Source: an uncultured Bacilli bacterium (GTDB lineage Bacteria > Bacillota_I > Bacilli_A > RF39 > UBA660). From it: 49,042 nt of DNA. Positions 28,363 to 37,855 of this stretch are shown here, piece after piece. Location: positions 1 through 49,042 of the forward strand of contig CANRJE010000002.1 of the NCBI GenBank assembly GCA_947630865.1, written 5' to 3'. How positions within the stretch are numbered: the stretch's first letter is position 1; every line of letters begins with the position of its first letter. The notes below the pieces were generated by a model. That model had not been told where the DNA came from, searched no databases, and saw only the letters and a program-made list of their open reading frames with translations. A program made the translations under genes and the position numbers.

Positions 28363-28397
28363 ATATTATTTGGATTATCTATTATATTAAAACTGTA

Positions 28398-28426
28398 TTG
28401 GAATTTTATCTTTGTTTTGTTATAAT
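28398..28426 (+). promoter_or_regulatory. sigma-A-type promoter for the 28475 operon
   Basis: TTGGAA, 17-nt spacer, TATAAT with TGT immediately upstream (extended -10). Confidence 0.5.
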
Positions 28427-28474
28427 AAAGAAGAAAGATGATGATGAATTCATTATTTTAAGAAAGAGGCAGAT

Positions 28475-29188
28475 ATGAATAAGATATTTTTATATTTTCT
28501 TTTATTTTTAATATATTCTTTTATGGGATGGTTAATGGAAGTAATTTTAACTGTTATCAAAGAACATAAATTTGTTAACCGAGGATTTTTAATAGGTCCA
28601 TATTGTCCTATATATGGTTCTGGTTGTCTTTTAATTATAATTTTACTTAATAGATATTTAGATTCTCCAATCATTCTTTTCTTTATGGCAATTATAATTT
28701 GTTCAATTCTTGAATATTTAACTAGTTATGTTATGGAAAAAATATTTAATGCAAGATGGTGGGATTATAGTGATAAAAGATTTAATTTAAATGGGAGAAT
28801 TTGTTTAGAAACCATGATTCCATTTGGAGTTTTAGGTACTTTGATTACCTATGTTATTAATCCTTTTTATGTTAAAATTTTAAGTTCAATTCCAGAAATT
28901 ATTTTAAATATTATAGCAATTATTTTATTTTTAGTATTTATAACTGATATTGGAGTTTCTTGTAACGTTGTTACAACATTGAAGAAAGAAATTAAAAAGG
29001 CTGAAAAAGATCAAACTGAAGAAATTACTAAGAAAATTAGAGCAGTTCTTGGTAAAAGAAGTATTTTACATAGACGTTTGGTTCATGCTTTTCCTAATTT
29101 AAAAACTTCGCGAGAAATATTACTTGAACTTCAAGCAAAAGTTAATAATGCTATTGAAAAAATTGATAGTAAGAAAAATAGAGGTTAG
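28475..29188 (+). CDS. polytopic membrane protein, 'putative ABC transporter type IV' (CmpB-like, PF06541-like) family
   Basis: YSFMGWLMEVIL...NRGFLIGPYCPIYGSG N-terminal signature as I recall it for this family. Confidence 0.6.
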   Translation: MNKIFLYFLLFLIYSFMGWLMEVILTVIKEHKFVNRGFLIGPYCPIYGSGCLLIIILLNRYLDSPIILFFMAIIICSILEYLTSYVMEKIFNARWWDYSDKRFNLNGRICLETMIPFGVLGTLITYVINPFYVKILSSIPEIILNIIAIILFLVFITDIGVSCNVVTTLKKEIKKAEKDQTEEITKKIRAVLGKRSILHRRLVHAFPNLKTSREILLELQAKVNNAIEKIDSKKNRG

Positions 29189-29190
29189 TT

Positions 29191-30408
29191 ATGGCAAATA
29201 TAAATGATTATTTAGAATGGAGAGGGGATATTCCTTTCAATAAAAATTTTCCTTTTAATGAAATTGATAGTATGATTTTAGCAAGATTTTCTTATTTATT
29301 ATTTGATAGAATTAAATTAGAAAAGAAAGAAACAATTAAAGATATTTCTTTAAAGATGAAAGATTTTAAAAATGAAGAATTTTTATATAATGGAGATAAA
29401 GAATTAATTACAAATTTAGGAGAAAGTAAGAGATTTAATAATTTAATTGTAACAGATTATGTGAAAAATAATGATAAAGCTCGTGAAAAACAATTTGGTG
29501 CTATTACAATTCATTTACCTAATCGAGAGATTTATATATCTTATATTGGAACGGATATGACAATTTATGGCTGGAAAGAAGATTTCAATATGGGATTTAT
29601 GGAAAACGTTCCTTGTCAAATAGCAGGACTAGAATATCTAAAAAAAATAACTAAAAAATATCCAACTAAAAGAATAAGAATAGGAGGACATTCTAAAGGA
29701 GGAAATGTAGCAGTATTTGCAGCAATTAGTAGTCCTCTTGAAATTCAAAAGAAAATTATTAAAGTCTATAATTATGATGGTCCAGGATTCAATAAAAAGA
29801 TAATTGAAAAATATGAAAATCAAAAGATTTTAGAAAAAATAGAAACTTATATACCACAAGATTCAATTATTGGTAGAGTGTTATATCATAAGGAAAAAAC
29901 AACGATTGTTTTAAGTCTTGAAAAAGGAATATTAGAACACGATATTTTTTCTTGGCAAGTATTTAAAGATGATTTAATAAAATTAGCTAAAAATACTAAT
30001 ATGAGTGAAACTATTGATAAGACTTTAACTGATTGGATTGAAAATACAACTGATATAGAAAGAGAAATATTAGTTGATTCAATATTTGATTTATTTTATT
30101 CAACTGATTCTAATACTTTTATGGATTTAGTATCAAATTTAAAAGATAATATTCCTAAAATTATGAAAAGATATAGTGTAATAGCACCTTCTGAAAAGAA
30201 ACTAATTGGTGAAATGATTATGAGAATAGTTAAAGCTTATATGAATATTGTTAAGAAGGAAAATTTGGATAAAATTGAGAATATAAAAAGTGAATATATT
30301 AAAAAAGGAAAATCAAAATTAGAAGAGTTAGACGAAAAATATTTAAGAAAAATAAAAACGGAATTTCAAAAAACAATTAATAATGAGAAAGAACGGTTGA
30401 AAAGCTAA
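29191..30408 (+). CDS. Mbeg1-like (DUF2974) alpha/beta-hydrolase family protein
   Basis: YLEWRGDIPF, ISYIGTD...GWKEDF, GGHSKGGNVAVFAA (GxSxG). 2-nt gap to the upstream gene. Confidence 0.65.
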   Translation: MANINDYLEWRGDIPFNKNFPFNEIDSMILARFSYLLFDRIKLEKKETIKDISLKMKDFKNEEFLYNGDKELITNLGESKRFNNLIVTDYVKNNDKAREKQFGAITIHLPNREIYISYIGTDMTIYGWKEDFNMGFMENVPCQIAGLEYLKKITKKYPTKRIRIGGHSKGGNVAVFAAISSPLEIQKKIIKVYNYDGPGFNKKIIEKYENQKILEKIETYIPQDSIIGRVLYHKEKTTIVLSLEKGILEHDIFSWQVFKDDLIKLAKNTNMSETIDKTLTDWIENTTDIEREILVDSIFDLFYSTDSNTFMDLVSNLKDNIPKIMKRYSVIAPSEKKLIGEMIMRIVKAYMNIVKKENLDKIENIKSEYIKKGKSKLEELDEKYLRKIKTEFQKTINNEKERLKS

Positions 30409-30453
30409 TAATCCTTGAAAAATAAGGAAAAATAAAGAATTTAAATGATGCCT

Positions 30454-30500
30454 AAAGGACTTGACTTGTAAGTTTACAGTCAAGTCTTTTAAATTTTTTT
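30454..30500 (+). terminator. intrinsic terminator
   Basis: (AAAG)GACTTGACT / AGTCAAGTC(TTTT) stem, 11-nt loop, T-rich tail. Confidence 0.7.
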
Positions 30501-30570
30501 AAGACTATTTTCCTTTAAAAATAACGGTTTAAAAAAGTTTAAAAAATATTAAATGTAAATTTTTTGTAAT

Positions 30571-30586
30571 TGTTGCAATTGCAACA
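30571..30586. promoter_or_regulatory. perfect 16-bp palindrome, candidate operator upstream of nrdD
   Basis: TGTTGCAATTGCAACA, about 20 nt upstream of an extended -10. Confidence 0.4.
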
Positions 30587-30605
30587 CTAAAAAGTGATTT
30601 TCCTT

Positions 30606-30614
30606 TGCTATAAT
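30606..30614 (+). promoter_or_regulatory. extended -10 promoter element for nrdDG
   Basis: TGCTATAAT, 27 nt upstream of the nrdD ATG, with an AGGAGG RBS between them. Confidence 0.5.
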
Positions 30615-30640
30615 TTGGTTATCGTAGGAGGATTAGAAAT

Positions 30641-32836
30641 ATGAAAATTATTAAACGAGATGGTACATTCGTTGATTTTGAACCAGAAAAAATTGAAAAT
30701 GCTATCAACAAAGCAAATGCTGAAGTTGATGAAGAAGAGAGAGTTTCAGAAACCCAAATTAAAAATATTGTTAGATATATAGAGAAGTTAAATAAAAAAA
30801 GAATTCTTGTTGAAGATGTTCAAGATATAATTGAAAAGAGAATTATGGCTCTTGGAAAGTATGAACTTGCAAAAAAATATATAACATACCGTTATACAAG
30901 AGAGTTAGTAAGAAAGGCTAATACAACTGATAGAACGATTAAAGAATTAATCAATGGAGAATCTGAGTATTGGAATACTGAAAATTCTAATAAGAATGCT
31001 AAAGTTGTTACTGTTCAAAGAGATTATTTAGCAGGAATTACTAGTACAGATATTACAAGAAGATTTTTACTTCCTGAAGATATTGTAAAGGCACATGACT
31101 CTGGAATTATTCATTTTCATGATGCTGATTACTTTGCTCAAAATGCTCTTCATAACTGTGATTTAATTAATCTTGAAGATATGCTTCAAAATGGAACGAA
31201 TATAAATGGAGTTATGATTGAAAAACCTCATCGTTTCTTAACGGCTATGACAATTGCAACTCAGTTAATAACTGCAGTTTCATCAAGTCAGTATGGAGGT
31301 TGTACAGTATCTTTAACACATTTAGCACCATTTGTAAGAGATAGTTATAATTTTTATTTAGATAAATATAAAAAGAGAAAATTTAAAAAAGCTGAATGTG
31401 AAAAATATGCTAAAGAAGATTTACGTAAGGAAATTATTGATGGTGTTCAAACTTTTCAATATCAAATTAATTCAATGACAACTACTAATGGTCAAGCTCC
31501 ATTTTTAAGTGTTAATATGTATTTAGGTGAAACTGAAGAATACAAAGAAGAACTTGCAATGATTATCGAAGAAGTTTTAAATCAAAGAATCAAAGGTATG
31601 AAAAATGAAAAAGGTGTTTATATAACTCCGGCTTTTCCTAAACTATTATATGTACTTGAAGAAGATAACATAAAAGAAGATGGAAAGTACTATTATTTAA
31701 CTGAACTTGCTGCTAAATGTACAGCAAAAAGAATGGTACCAGATTACATATCTGAAAAAGTAATGAAAGAATTAAAAATAAATGAATTAGGAGAAGGAGA
31801 ATGTTATCCTTGTATGGGTTGTCGTAGTTTCTTAACTCCTGATAGAAGTATTTCTCTTGGAAATATTGCTAAAGCTAAAAACTATGTTCCAGGAAAAGGA
31901 AAATATTATGGTAGGTTCAATCAAGGTGTTGTAACAATCAACTTACCAGATGTTGCTTTAACTTCTGAAAAAGATATGGATAGATTCTGGGAGATTCTTG
32001 ATGAAAGACTAGACCTTTGCCATAGAGCTCTTAAAATTCGTCATGATAGACTTTCTCATGCAACAAGTGATATAGCTCCTATCTTATGGCAACATGGTGC
32101 TCTTGCAAGACTTGAAAAAGGTGAATCAATTCATGAACTATTACATCATGGATATTCAACGATTTCTCTTGGTTATGCTGGTTTATATGAATGTGTAAAA
32201 TATATGACAGGACATTCTCATACTGATGGTGGCAAGGGCCATGATTTTGGAATTGAAATTATGGAACGACTAAATGATGCTTGTAAAAAATGGAAAGCTG
32301 AAGAAGATATTGATTACTCTGTTTATGGAACACCAATTGAATCTACGACTTATAAATTTGCTAAGAATTTAAAAGAAAGATTTGGGGTTATTAAGGGTAT
32401 AACCGATAGAGATTATATTACTAATTCATATCATGTACCAGTATTTGAAGAAATTGATGCTTTCAAAAAATTAAAACTTGAAAGTGAATTTCAAAAATTA
32501 TCTCCAGGAGGAGCAATCTCTTATATTGAAACACCTAATATGCAAAATAATATTGATGCTGTTCTTGAAATTATTAAATTTATTTATGATAACATTATGT
32601 ATGCTGAACTTAATACTAAGAGTGATTATTGTCAAGCATGTGGATATGATGGAGAGATTTTACTAGATGATAAATTAGAATGGTATTGTCCAAATTGTGG
32701 CAACAGAAATCATGATACATTAAATGTTGCTAGACGTACATGTGGTTATATAGGAACTAATTTCTGGAATAAAGGAAGAACTCAAGAGATAAAAGAAAGA
32801 GTTCTACATGTTGATAATAAAGTTGATGAAAAATAG
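30641..32836 (+). CDS. nrdD: anaerobic ribonucleoside-triphosphate reductase (class III)
   Basis: N-terminal ATP-cone (IIKRDGTFVDFEPEKI). C-terminal CQACGYDGE...CPNCG zinc site. Glycyl-radical motif RRTCGYIG. Confidence 0.9.
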   Translation: MKIIKRDGTFVDFEPEKIENAINKANAEVDEEERVSETQIKNIVRYIEKLNKKRILVEDVQDIIEKRIMALGKYELAKKYITYRYTRELVRKANTTDRTIKELINGESEYWNTENSNKNAKVVTVQRDYLAGITSTDITRRFLLPEDIVKAHDSGIIHFHDADYFAQNALHNCDLINLEDMLQNGTNINGVMIEKPHRFLTAMTIATQLITAVSSSQYGGCTVSLTHLAPFVRDSYNFYLDKYKKRKFKKAECEKYAKEDLRKEIIDGVQTFQYQINSMTTTNGQAPFLSVNMYLGETEEYKEELAMIIEEVLNQRIKGMKNEKGVYITPAFPKLLYVLEEDNIKEDGKYYYLTELAAKCTAKRMVPDYISEKVMKELKINELGEGECYPCMGCRSFLTPDRSISLGNIAKAKNYVPGKGKYYGRFNQGVVTINLPDVALTSEKDMDRFWEILDERLDLCHRALKIRHDRLSHATSDIAPILWQHGALARLEKGESIHELLHHGYSTISLGYAGLYECVKYMTGHSHTDGGKGHDFGIEIMERLNDACKKWKAEEDIDYSVYGTPIESTTYKFAKNLKERFGVIKGITDRDYITNSYHVPVFEEIDAFKKLKLESEFQKLSPGGAISYIETPNMQNNIDAVLEIIKFIYDNIMYAELNTKSDYCQACGYDGEILLDDKLEWYCPNCGNRNHDTLNVARRTCGYIGTNFWNKGRTQEIKERVLHVDNKVDEK

Positions 32837-32852
32837 AAAGTGACGTGATAAA

Positions 32853-33359
32853 GTGAGATACAATTTAATTAGAAAAATGGATATAGCCGATGGTCCAGGA
32901 ATTCGTGTTTCAATATTTTTACAAGGATGCGAATTTCATTGCAAAAATTGTTTTAATAAAGAAACATGGGATTTTGAAAAAGGGAAAGAATTTACGCAAG
33001 ATACAATTAACAGAGTTTTAGAATTAGCAGAAGAAGATTATGTTGAAGGCTTATCTATTCTTGGAGGTGAACCAATGCATCCAAGAAATATTGAAGGAAC
33101 AATCTCACTTGCTAAAGCATTTAAAGAAAAATATCCAAAGAAAGATATTTGGATTTGGACTGGTTATTTATATCAAAATATTGTTAATAAAGATATTTTA
33201 AATTATGCTGATGTAATTGTTGATGGAAGGTATCAAGAAGAACTTCATGATTTTAGATTAAAATATCGAGGTTCTTCTAATCAAAGAGTAATTGATGTTA
33301 AAGAAAGTGTTAAAAAAAATGAAATTTGTCTTTTAGAAGAAGCCATGCAACTTAATTGA
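32853..33359 (+). CDS. nrdG: anaerobic ribonucleotide reductase activating protein (radical SAM)
   Basis: IADGPGIRVSIFLQGCEFHCKNCFN. GTG start. The N-terminal MRYNLIRK segment resembles other NrdG N-termini. Confidence 0.85.
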   Translation: MRYNLIRKMDIADGPGIRVSIFLQGCEFHCKNCFNKETWDFEKGKEFTQDTINRVLELAEEDYVEGLSILGGEPMHPRNIEGTISLAKAFKEKYPKKDIWIWTGYLYQNIVNKDILNYADVIVDGRYQEELHDFRLKYRGSSNQRVIDVKESVKKNEICLLEEAMQLN

Positions 33360-33372
33360 TAAGATTATTAAA

Positions 33373-33407
33373 AAAGTTTTACCGTTTGGTAGAACTTTTT
33401 AGTTTTT
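33373..33407 (+). terminator. intrinsic terminator after nrdG
   Basis: AAAGTTTTACC / GGTAGAACTTT stem (one G-U), GTTT loop, T-rich tail. A second 9-bp hairpin follows at 33401-33422 (AGTTTTTAT/ATAAAAACT). Confidence 0.6.
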
Positions 33408-33425
33408 ATGAAGATAAAAACTATA

Positions 33426-33454
33426 TTGCAAGTTTTTAAATTTCTTAATATAAT
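33426..33454 (+). promoter_or_regulatory. sigma-A-type promoter for the GT2-glf pair
   Basis: TTGCAA, 17-nt spacer, TATAAT. Confidence 0.5.
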
Positions 33455-33475
33455 ATTGTTAAAGAGGTAGGACTT

Positions 33476-34480
33476 ATGAAATATATAACTTTTGCAGTAC
33501 CATGTTATAATTCAGAAAATTATATGGAACATTGCATTGAAACCTTATTAACAGGTGGCGATGATGTAGAGATTATTTTGATAAATGATGGTAGCACCGA
33601 TAAAACAAAGAAAATAATAGATAGATATGCTAAAAAATATCCAAATATCATTAGAGCAGTTCATAAAGAAAATGGTGGTCATGGTTCAGGTGTTAATAAG
33701 GGATTAGAACTTGCAACAGGACTTTATTATAAAGTAGTTGATTCTGATGATTGGGTTTCAAGTAGTGCTTTAAAAAAAGTTTTAAAAGCAATAAAAAAAC
33801 TTGAAAGTGATAAAACTTTAGTTGATTTATTTATTGTTAATTATGTTTATGAAAATGAAGATAGTAAACCTCGAACAATAAAGTATTTAAAAACTTTACC
33901 TGTTTCTAAGGTTTTTGATTGGAAGATGGTAGGTAAATTTAAAATAGATGAATATTTACTTATGCATTCTATAATTTATAAGACAGATTTTTTAAGAGAT
34001 ACAGGTTTAAAACTTCCTTTACATACTTTTTATGTTGATAATTTATTTGCTTATTATCCAATGCCTAAAGTTAAAACAATGTATTATTTAGATGTTGATT
34101 TTTATCGTTACTTTATAGGTAGAAGTGATCAATCAGTTAATGAAAAAGTAATGATTGGAAGAATTGAACAACAATTATTTATTACTAAGACAATGTTAGA
34201 ATATTTTAATCCTTATGATTACGTTAAAGAAAATAAGCGTTTAACAAAATATTTAATTCATTATTTAGACATTATGATGGCTGTTTCAACAATTCTGTGT
34301 CAAGTTTCAGGAACCAAGAAAAATCTAAATTATAAACATGATTTATGGAAATATTTAAAGAAAAAAAATAAAAAATTATATCTAACACTTTGTTTTTCGT
34401 TATCAGGTTTGACGAGATTTCCGAGATTTATTTCTGTTCGAGTCTATTGCATTGTACAAAAAAAATATAAATTTAATTAA
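33476..34480 (+). CDS. family 2 glycosyltransferase
   Basis: FAVPCYNSENYM, LINDGSTDKT and VVDSDDW motifs. Confidence 0.8.
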   Translation: MKYITFAVPCYNSENYMEHCIETLLTGGDDVEIILINDGSTDKTKKIIDRYAKKYPNIIRAVHKENGGHGSGVNKGLELATGLYYKVVDSDDWVSSSALKKVLKAIKKLESDKTLVDLFIVNYVYENEDSKPRTIKYLKTLPVSKVFDWKMVGKFKIDEYLLMHSIIYKTDFLRDTGLKLPLHTFYVDNLFAYYPMPKVKTMYYLDVDFYRYFIGRSDQSVNEKVMIGRIEQQLFITKTMLEYFNPYDYVKENKRLTKYLIHYLDIMMAVSTILCQVSGTKKNLNYKHDLWKYLKKKNKKLYLTLCFSLSGLTRFPRFISVRVYCIVQKKYKFN

Positions 34481-34492
34481 AAAGGATAAAGT

Positions 34493-35644
34493 ATGAAATA
34501 TGATATTATAATAGTTGGGTGTGGATTTGCTGGTAGCACGTTAGCTAGAAAGTTTGCAAATGCCAACAAAAAAGTTTTAATTTATGAAAAAAGAAATCAT
34601 ATTGGTGGCAATATGTATGAAGAAATTCTTGAAAATGGTGTACGGGTTCATAAGTATGGTCCGCATATTTTTCACACAAATAATAAAATTGTTTTTGATT
34701 TTTTAAAAAAATATAGTGATTGGTATTTTTATGAACATAAAGTATTAGGAAAAATTAATGATAATTTAGTACCTATTCCTTTTAATTTTAAATCAATAGA
34801 ACTTTTATATAATCAAGAAAAGGCAGAAAAAATTAAGAAAAAGTTACAAGAAAAGTATCCAAATGTTAAAAAAGTTTCTATTCTTGACTTGATAAATGAT
34901 TCTGATCCTACGATAAAAAAATTAGGTGAATTTGTCTATAAAAATGTATTTGAAAATTATACAGCTAAACAATGGAATATTCCAATTTCGGAAATTGATA
35001 AATCTGTAATTAATCGAGTTCCTGTTATTTTAGGATACGATGATAGATATTTTCAAGATAAATATCAATATATGCCAAAAGATGGTTATACAAAAGTATT
35101 TGAAAATCTTTTAAATCATAAAAATATAACTTTAGAATTAGAACATAATGCCTTAGAAGATATAAAAATAAAAGATAATAAAATTTATTTAGATAATAAA
35201 GAATATAAAGGAATAGTAATTTATACAGGAGAAATAGATGAACTTTTTGAATATAAATATGGAGCTTTACCTTATCGTTCTTTGAATTTAGTTTTTGAAA
35301 ATTATGATATGAATTATTATCAATCAAGAGCAGTTATCAATTATCCTAATGAAGAATTATTTACTAGAATTACAGAATTTAAATATTTAACGAATCAAAT
35401 TATTGATAAAAAAACAACTATTTTAAAAGAATACCCAAAGACTTATGACTATAAAGATAAAAATAATTTACCATATTATGCAATTATCAATGAAGAAAAT
35501 TTAAAAAAATATAATCAATATAAAGATTTAGTTTCTAAAATACCTAATTTATATTTATGCGGAAGATTAGCTGAATATAAATATTACAATATGGATGCAG
35601 TTATTGAAAGAGCATTGAATTTATATTTAGAAATTATGAAATGA
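34493..35644 (+). CDS. glf: UDP-galactopyranose mutase
   Basis: YDIIIVGCGFAGSTLA, EKRNHIGGNMY, HKYGPHIFHT, YTAKQWN, GRLAEYKYYNMD. Confidence 0.85.
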   Translation: MKYDIIIVGCGFAGSTLARKFANANKKVLIYEKRNHIGGNMYEEILENGVRVHKYGPHIFHTNNKIVFDFLKKYSDWYFYEHKVLGKINDNLVPIPFNFKSIELLYNQEKAEKIKKKLQEKYPNVKKVSILDLINDSDPTIKKLGEFVYKNVFENYTAKQWNIPISEIDKSVINRVPVILGYDDRYFQDKYQYMPKDGYTKVFENLLNHKNITLELEHNALEDIKIKDNKIYLDNKEYKGIVIYTGEIDELFEYKYGALPYRSLNLVFENYDMNYYQSRAVINYPNEELFTRITEFKYLTNQIIDKKTTILKEYPKTYDYKDKNNLPYYAIINEENLKKYNQYKDLVSKIPNLYLCGRLAEYKYYNMDAVIERALNLYLEIMK

Positions 35645-35794
35645 GAAAGATAGTTAAGATACTTTTTAATTAGGAGCTTGAAGAAAAAGATAAATATGTA
35701 AAATCAATATAAAATATTATATTACTAAAAAATAAACCTATGGTGTGTTTAAATAAATTCTTTTTTGTGATAATTTTATCTTAAGGGAGGAATT

Positions 35795-37042
35795 ATGAAT
35801 CAAGAGAAAATCGGGAAATTTATTGCACTTTCTCGGAAAAGAAAAAATTTAACACAAGAAGCATTAGCTGAGAAACTTGGAGTCAGTAAAAATGCTGTTT
35901 CTAAATGGGAACGGGGTTTATCTTTAATGGATATTTCTTTATTAAAACCATTAAGTCAACTATTAGATATTTCTATTTTAGAACTTTTAAATGGTGAAGA
36001 AATAGAAAAAGAAGAAAGAGATAAAAAAAGTGAAAAACTTTTAATTGAGACAATTGATTATTCAAATGAAAAAATAAAAAAAGTCAAAAAGAATAAGAAA
36101 ATTTTAGTTTTAATAACTATTGTCGTAACAATTTTAAGTTTTATTATCTTAGATACTATTGTTGCTTTAATATCAATTAATAGTCCACTTTTAAGTTTTA
36201 AAAAAGAGTTAGAAGGGGATAGTTATGTTGATAAAGGTCTTATTTTAAATACATACTATTGTAAAGAAAAAGATATTGTAACTGTTTATCAAAAGTTAAA
36301 TTCAACTTATTTTAGATGTCCAATAGAGACTGAAGAGGAAAATAAAATCTTTGAAACAACGAAATACCTTTATAGTTTAAAAAATAATCCTGAAGAATTA
36401 TTAGAACAATTAGACTTATCTTTTTATGGTCATTACAAATATGAAATTAAAAATAACAGTTTATTAATTACTTATAAAGATGAAGAAGGATTTGGAAATA
36501 TTTTAACTAATGATATAAAAGTAAAAGAAAAAACAATTATTATGTTAACCTTACTTGACGATATTAAAAGTGTTGAATGGAAAATATTAAACGATAATAA
36601 AAAAATTACAATTGATAGTTTAAAAGATATATATGGTAATTTAAAAAATTATAGTAAAAGTGAAGAAAGTTTTCAAAAATTACTTATTAATTTATATTAT
36701 TATGAAGTAGAAGAACCAATAACATCAAGTATTATTAAAGTAACTTCTGAGAAAATAAACTTTAAAGTTAAAAATAATTCAAATAAAAATTTTAATTATG
36801 GAGAGTCTTATAGTTTAGAAAAATTAGATGATGGTAAATTTATATGTATTAATAAAGATATGAATTTTAATCTTCCATCTTATAATCTAAAATCTGGTAT
36901 GTCTATTAATTATGAATATAGTTTTAATAAAAAACTTGAAAAAGGAACTTATCGAATTGTGAAAGAATATATTGAATCAAAAAATAACGATAATGAATAT
37001 GGAAAAAAATATTACGTTTTAGTTAATTTTGTAATTGAATAG
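35795..37042 (+). CDS. membrane-tethered XRE-family HTH regulator with a large extracytoplasmic domain
   Basis: HTH LTQEALAEKLGVSKNAVSKWERG. TM ILVLITIVVTILSFIILDTIVALI. C-terminal NNSNKNFNYGESYSLEKLDDGKF...GTYRIVKEY resembles Ig-like domains I recall from Clostridia. Confidence 0.7.
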   Translation: MNQEKIGKFIALSRKRKNLTQEALAEKLGVSKNAVSKWERGLSLMDISLLKPLSQLLDISILELLNGEEIEKEERDKKSEKLLIETIDYSNEKIKKVKKNKKILVLITIVVTILSFIILDTIVALISINSPLLSFKKELEGDSYVDKGLILNTYYCKEKDIVTVYQKLNSTYFRCPIETEEENKIFETTKYLYSLKNNPEELLEQLDLSFYGHYKYEIKNNSLLITYKDEEGFGNILTNDIKVKEKTIIMLTLLDDIKSVEWKILNDNKKITIDSLKDIYGNLKNYSKSEESFQKLLINLYYYEVEEPITSSIIKVTSEKINFKVKNNSNKNFNYGESYSLEKLDDGKFICINKDMNFNLPSYNLKSGMSINYEYSFNKKLEKGTYRIVKEYIESKNNDNEYGKKYYVLVNFVIE

Positions 37043-37096
37043 TTATTGCATGATAAAATATAATTTGCTATACTGAAATAGTAAGGAGTTTTACTT

Positions 37097-37723
37097 ATGG
37101 AAAAAAAGAAAAAAGAAAAAATTTGGGGAAGAGGTTTATTTAATTTTATAACAGCTTTTTTAGAATGTGCTTTTATAGTTGCTATTATTTGTAATACTGT
37201 TGCAATTTCTACTTCATTAGTTTCATTATTTATAGATATAAAAAATGATAATCTTGATAATTATTATGAAACTTTTGTTCCTAATATAGAACATGAAGAT
37301 AGATTAGTTTATGATTTTAAAGATGTGTGGTCTAGTGACGATGTAGCAAGAATTGAAAATGGAGAAGTGAAACCAGAAGAAATAGTAGCTGGAGCTTGGT
37401 TTTCAATGGTTTCTATTGAAATTGCTTTATATTCTATAATAGTAGTTTTGAAAAATTCAAGAAGATTTTTAAAGAAATGTCAGGAGAATGCTTTCAAAGA
37501 AGAAAATATTGCTATTTTACATAAGATGAAAAGATATCTAATTTTAAGTTTTATAGTACCATTTATTATTTCTATTATATCAATTATTTTCTCAAGCATT
37601 TCATTTAATTATTATCTAAGTATATTTACAGTTTTAGCTTTATATGCTTTATTTGATTTTGTTGAGTACTTAATAAGAAAAGGTATTGAATTAAAACCAG
37701 TAAAAAAAGAAAAAGAAGCCTAG
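37097..37723 (+). CDS. hypothetical 4-TM membrane protein, possibly DUF2975-like
   Basis: Four hydrophobic helices. ENAFKEENIAILHKMKRYLIL resembles the DUF2975 core as I recall. Weak call. Confidence 0.4.
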   Translation: MEKKKKEKIWGRGLFNFITAFLECAFIVAIICNTVAISTSLVSLFIDIKNDNLDNYYETFVPNIEHEDRLVYDFKDVWSSDDVARIENGEVKPEEIVAGAWFSMVSIEIALYSIIVVLKNSRRFLKKCQENAFKEENIAILHKMKRYLILSFIVPFIISIISIIFSSISFNYYLSIFTVLALYALFDFVEYLIRKGIELKPVKKEKEA

Positions 37724-37746
37724 TAAAAATAAATTAAAATTTTTCA

Positions 37747-37778
37747 AGAGAATGAATTAAAAAATCATCTCTTTTTTT
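37747..37778 (+). terminator. intrinsic terminator
   Basis: AGAG(A)ATGA / TCATCTCT stem, 9-nt loop, T6. Confidence 0.55.
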
Positions 37779-37795
37779 ATACTTAAATATTTTCC

Positions 37796-37809
37796 TTACG
37801 AATTTGTAA
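37796..37809. promoter_or_regulatory. BceR-type response-regulator box candidate upstream of the RR-HK genes
   Basis: TTACG-AATT-TGTAA (extended palindrome CCTTAC..GTAAGG), about 23 nt upstream of TGATATAAT (extended -10 at 37829-37837). Confidence 0.45.
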
Positions 37810-37855
37810 GGTTAAGCAATTAATTAAATGATATAATATAAATAGGTGGTTTACT

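Noticed and set aside
30571-30586. The nrdD upstream palindrome as a canonical NrdR box.
   Set aside because: The half-site polarity and sequence (TGTTGCAA/TTGCAACA) do not fit the NrdR consensus as I remember it (acaCwAtATaTwGtgt). NrdR sites usually occur as tandem pairs, and only one palindrome is present.
37796-37803. TACGAATT upstream of the response regulator as a streptococcal-type ComX cin-box (TACGAATA).
   Set aside because: It has one mismatch, sits in the wrong context (not upstream of the competence genes in this window), and is better explained as the left half of the TTACG-N4-TGTAA inverted repeat.
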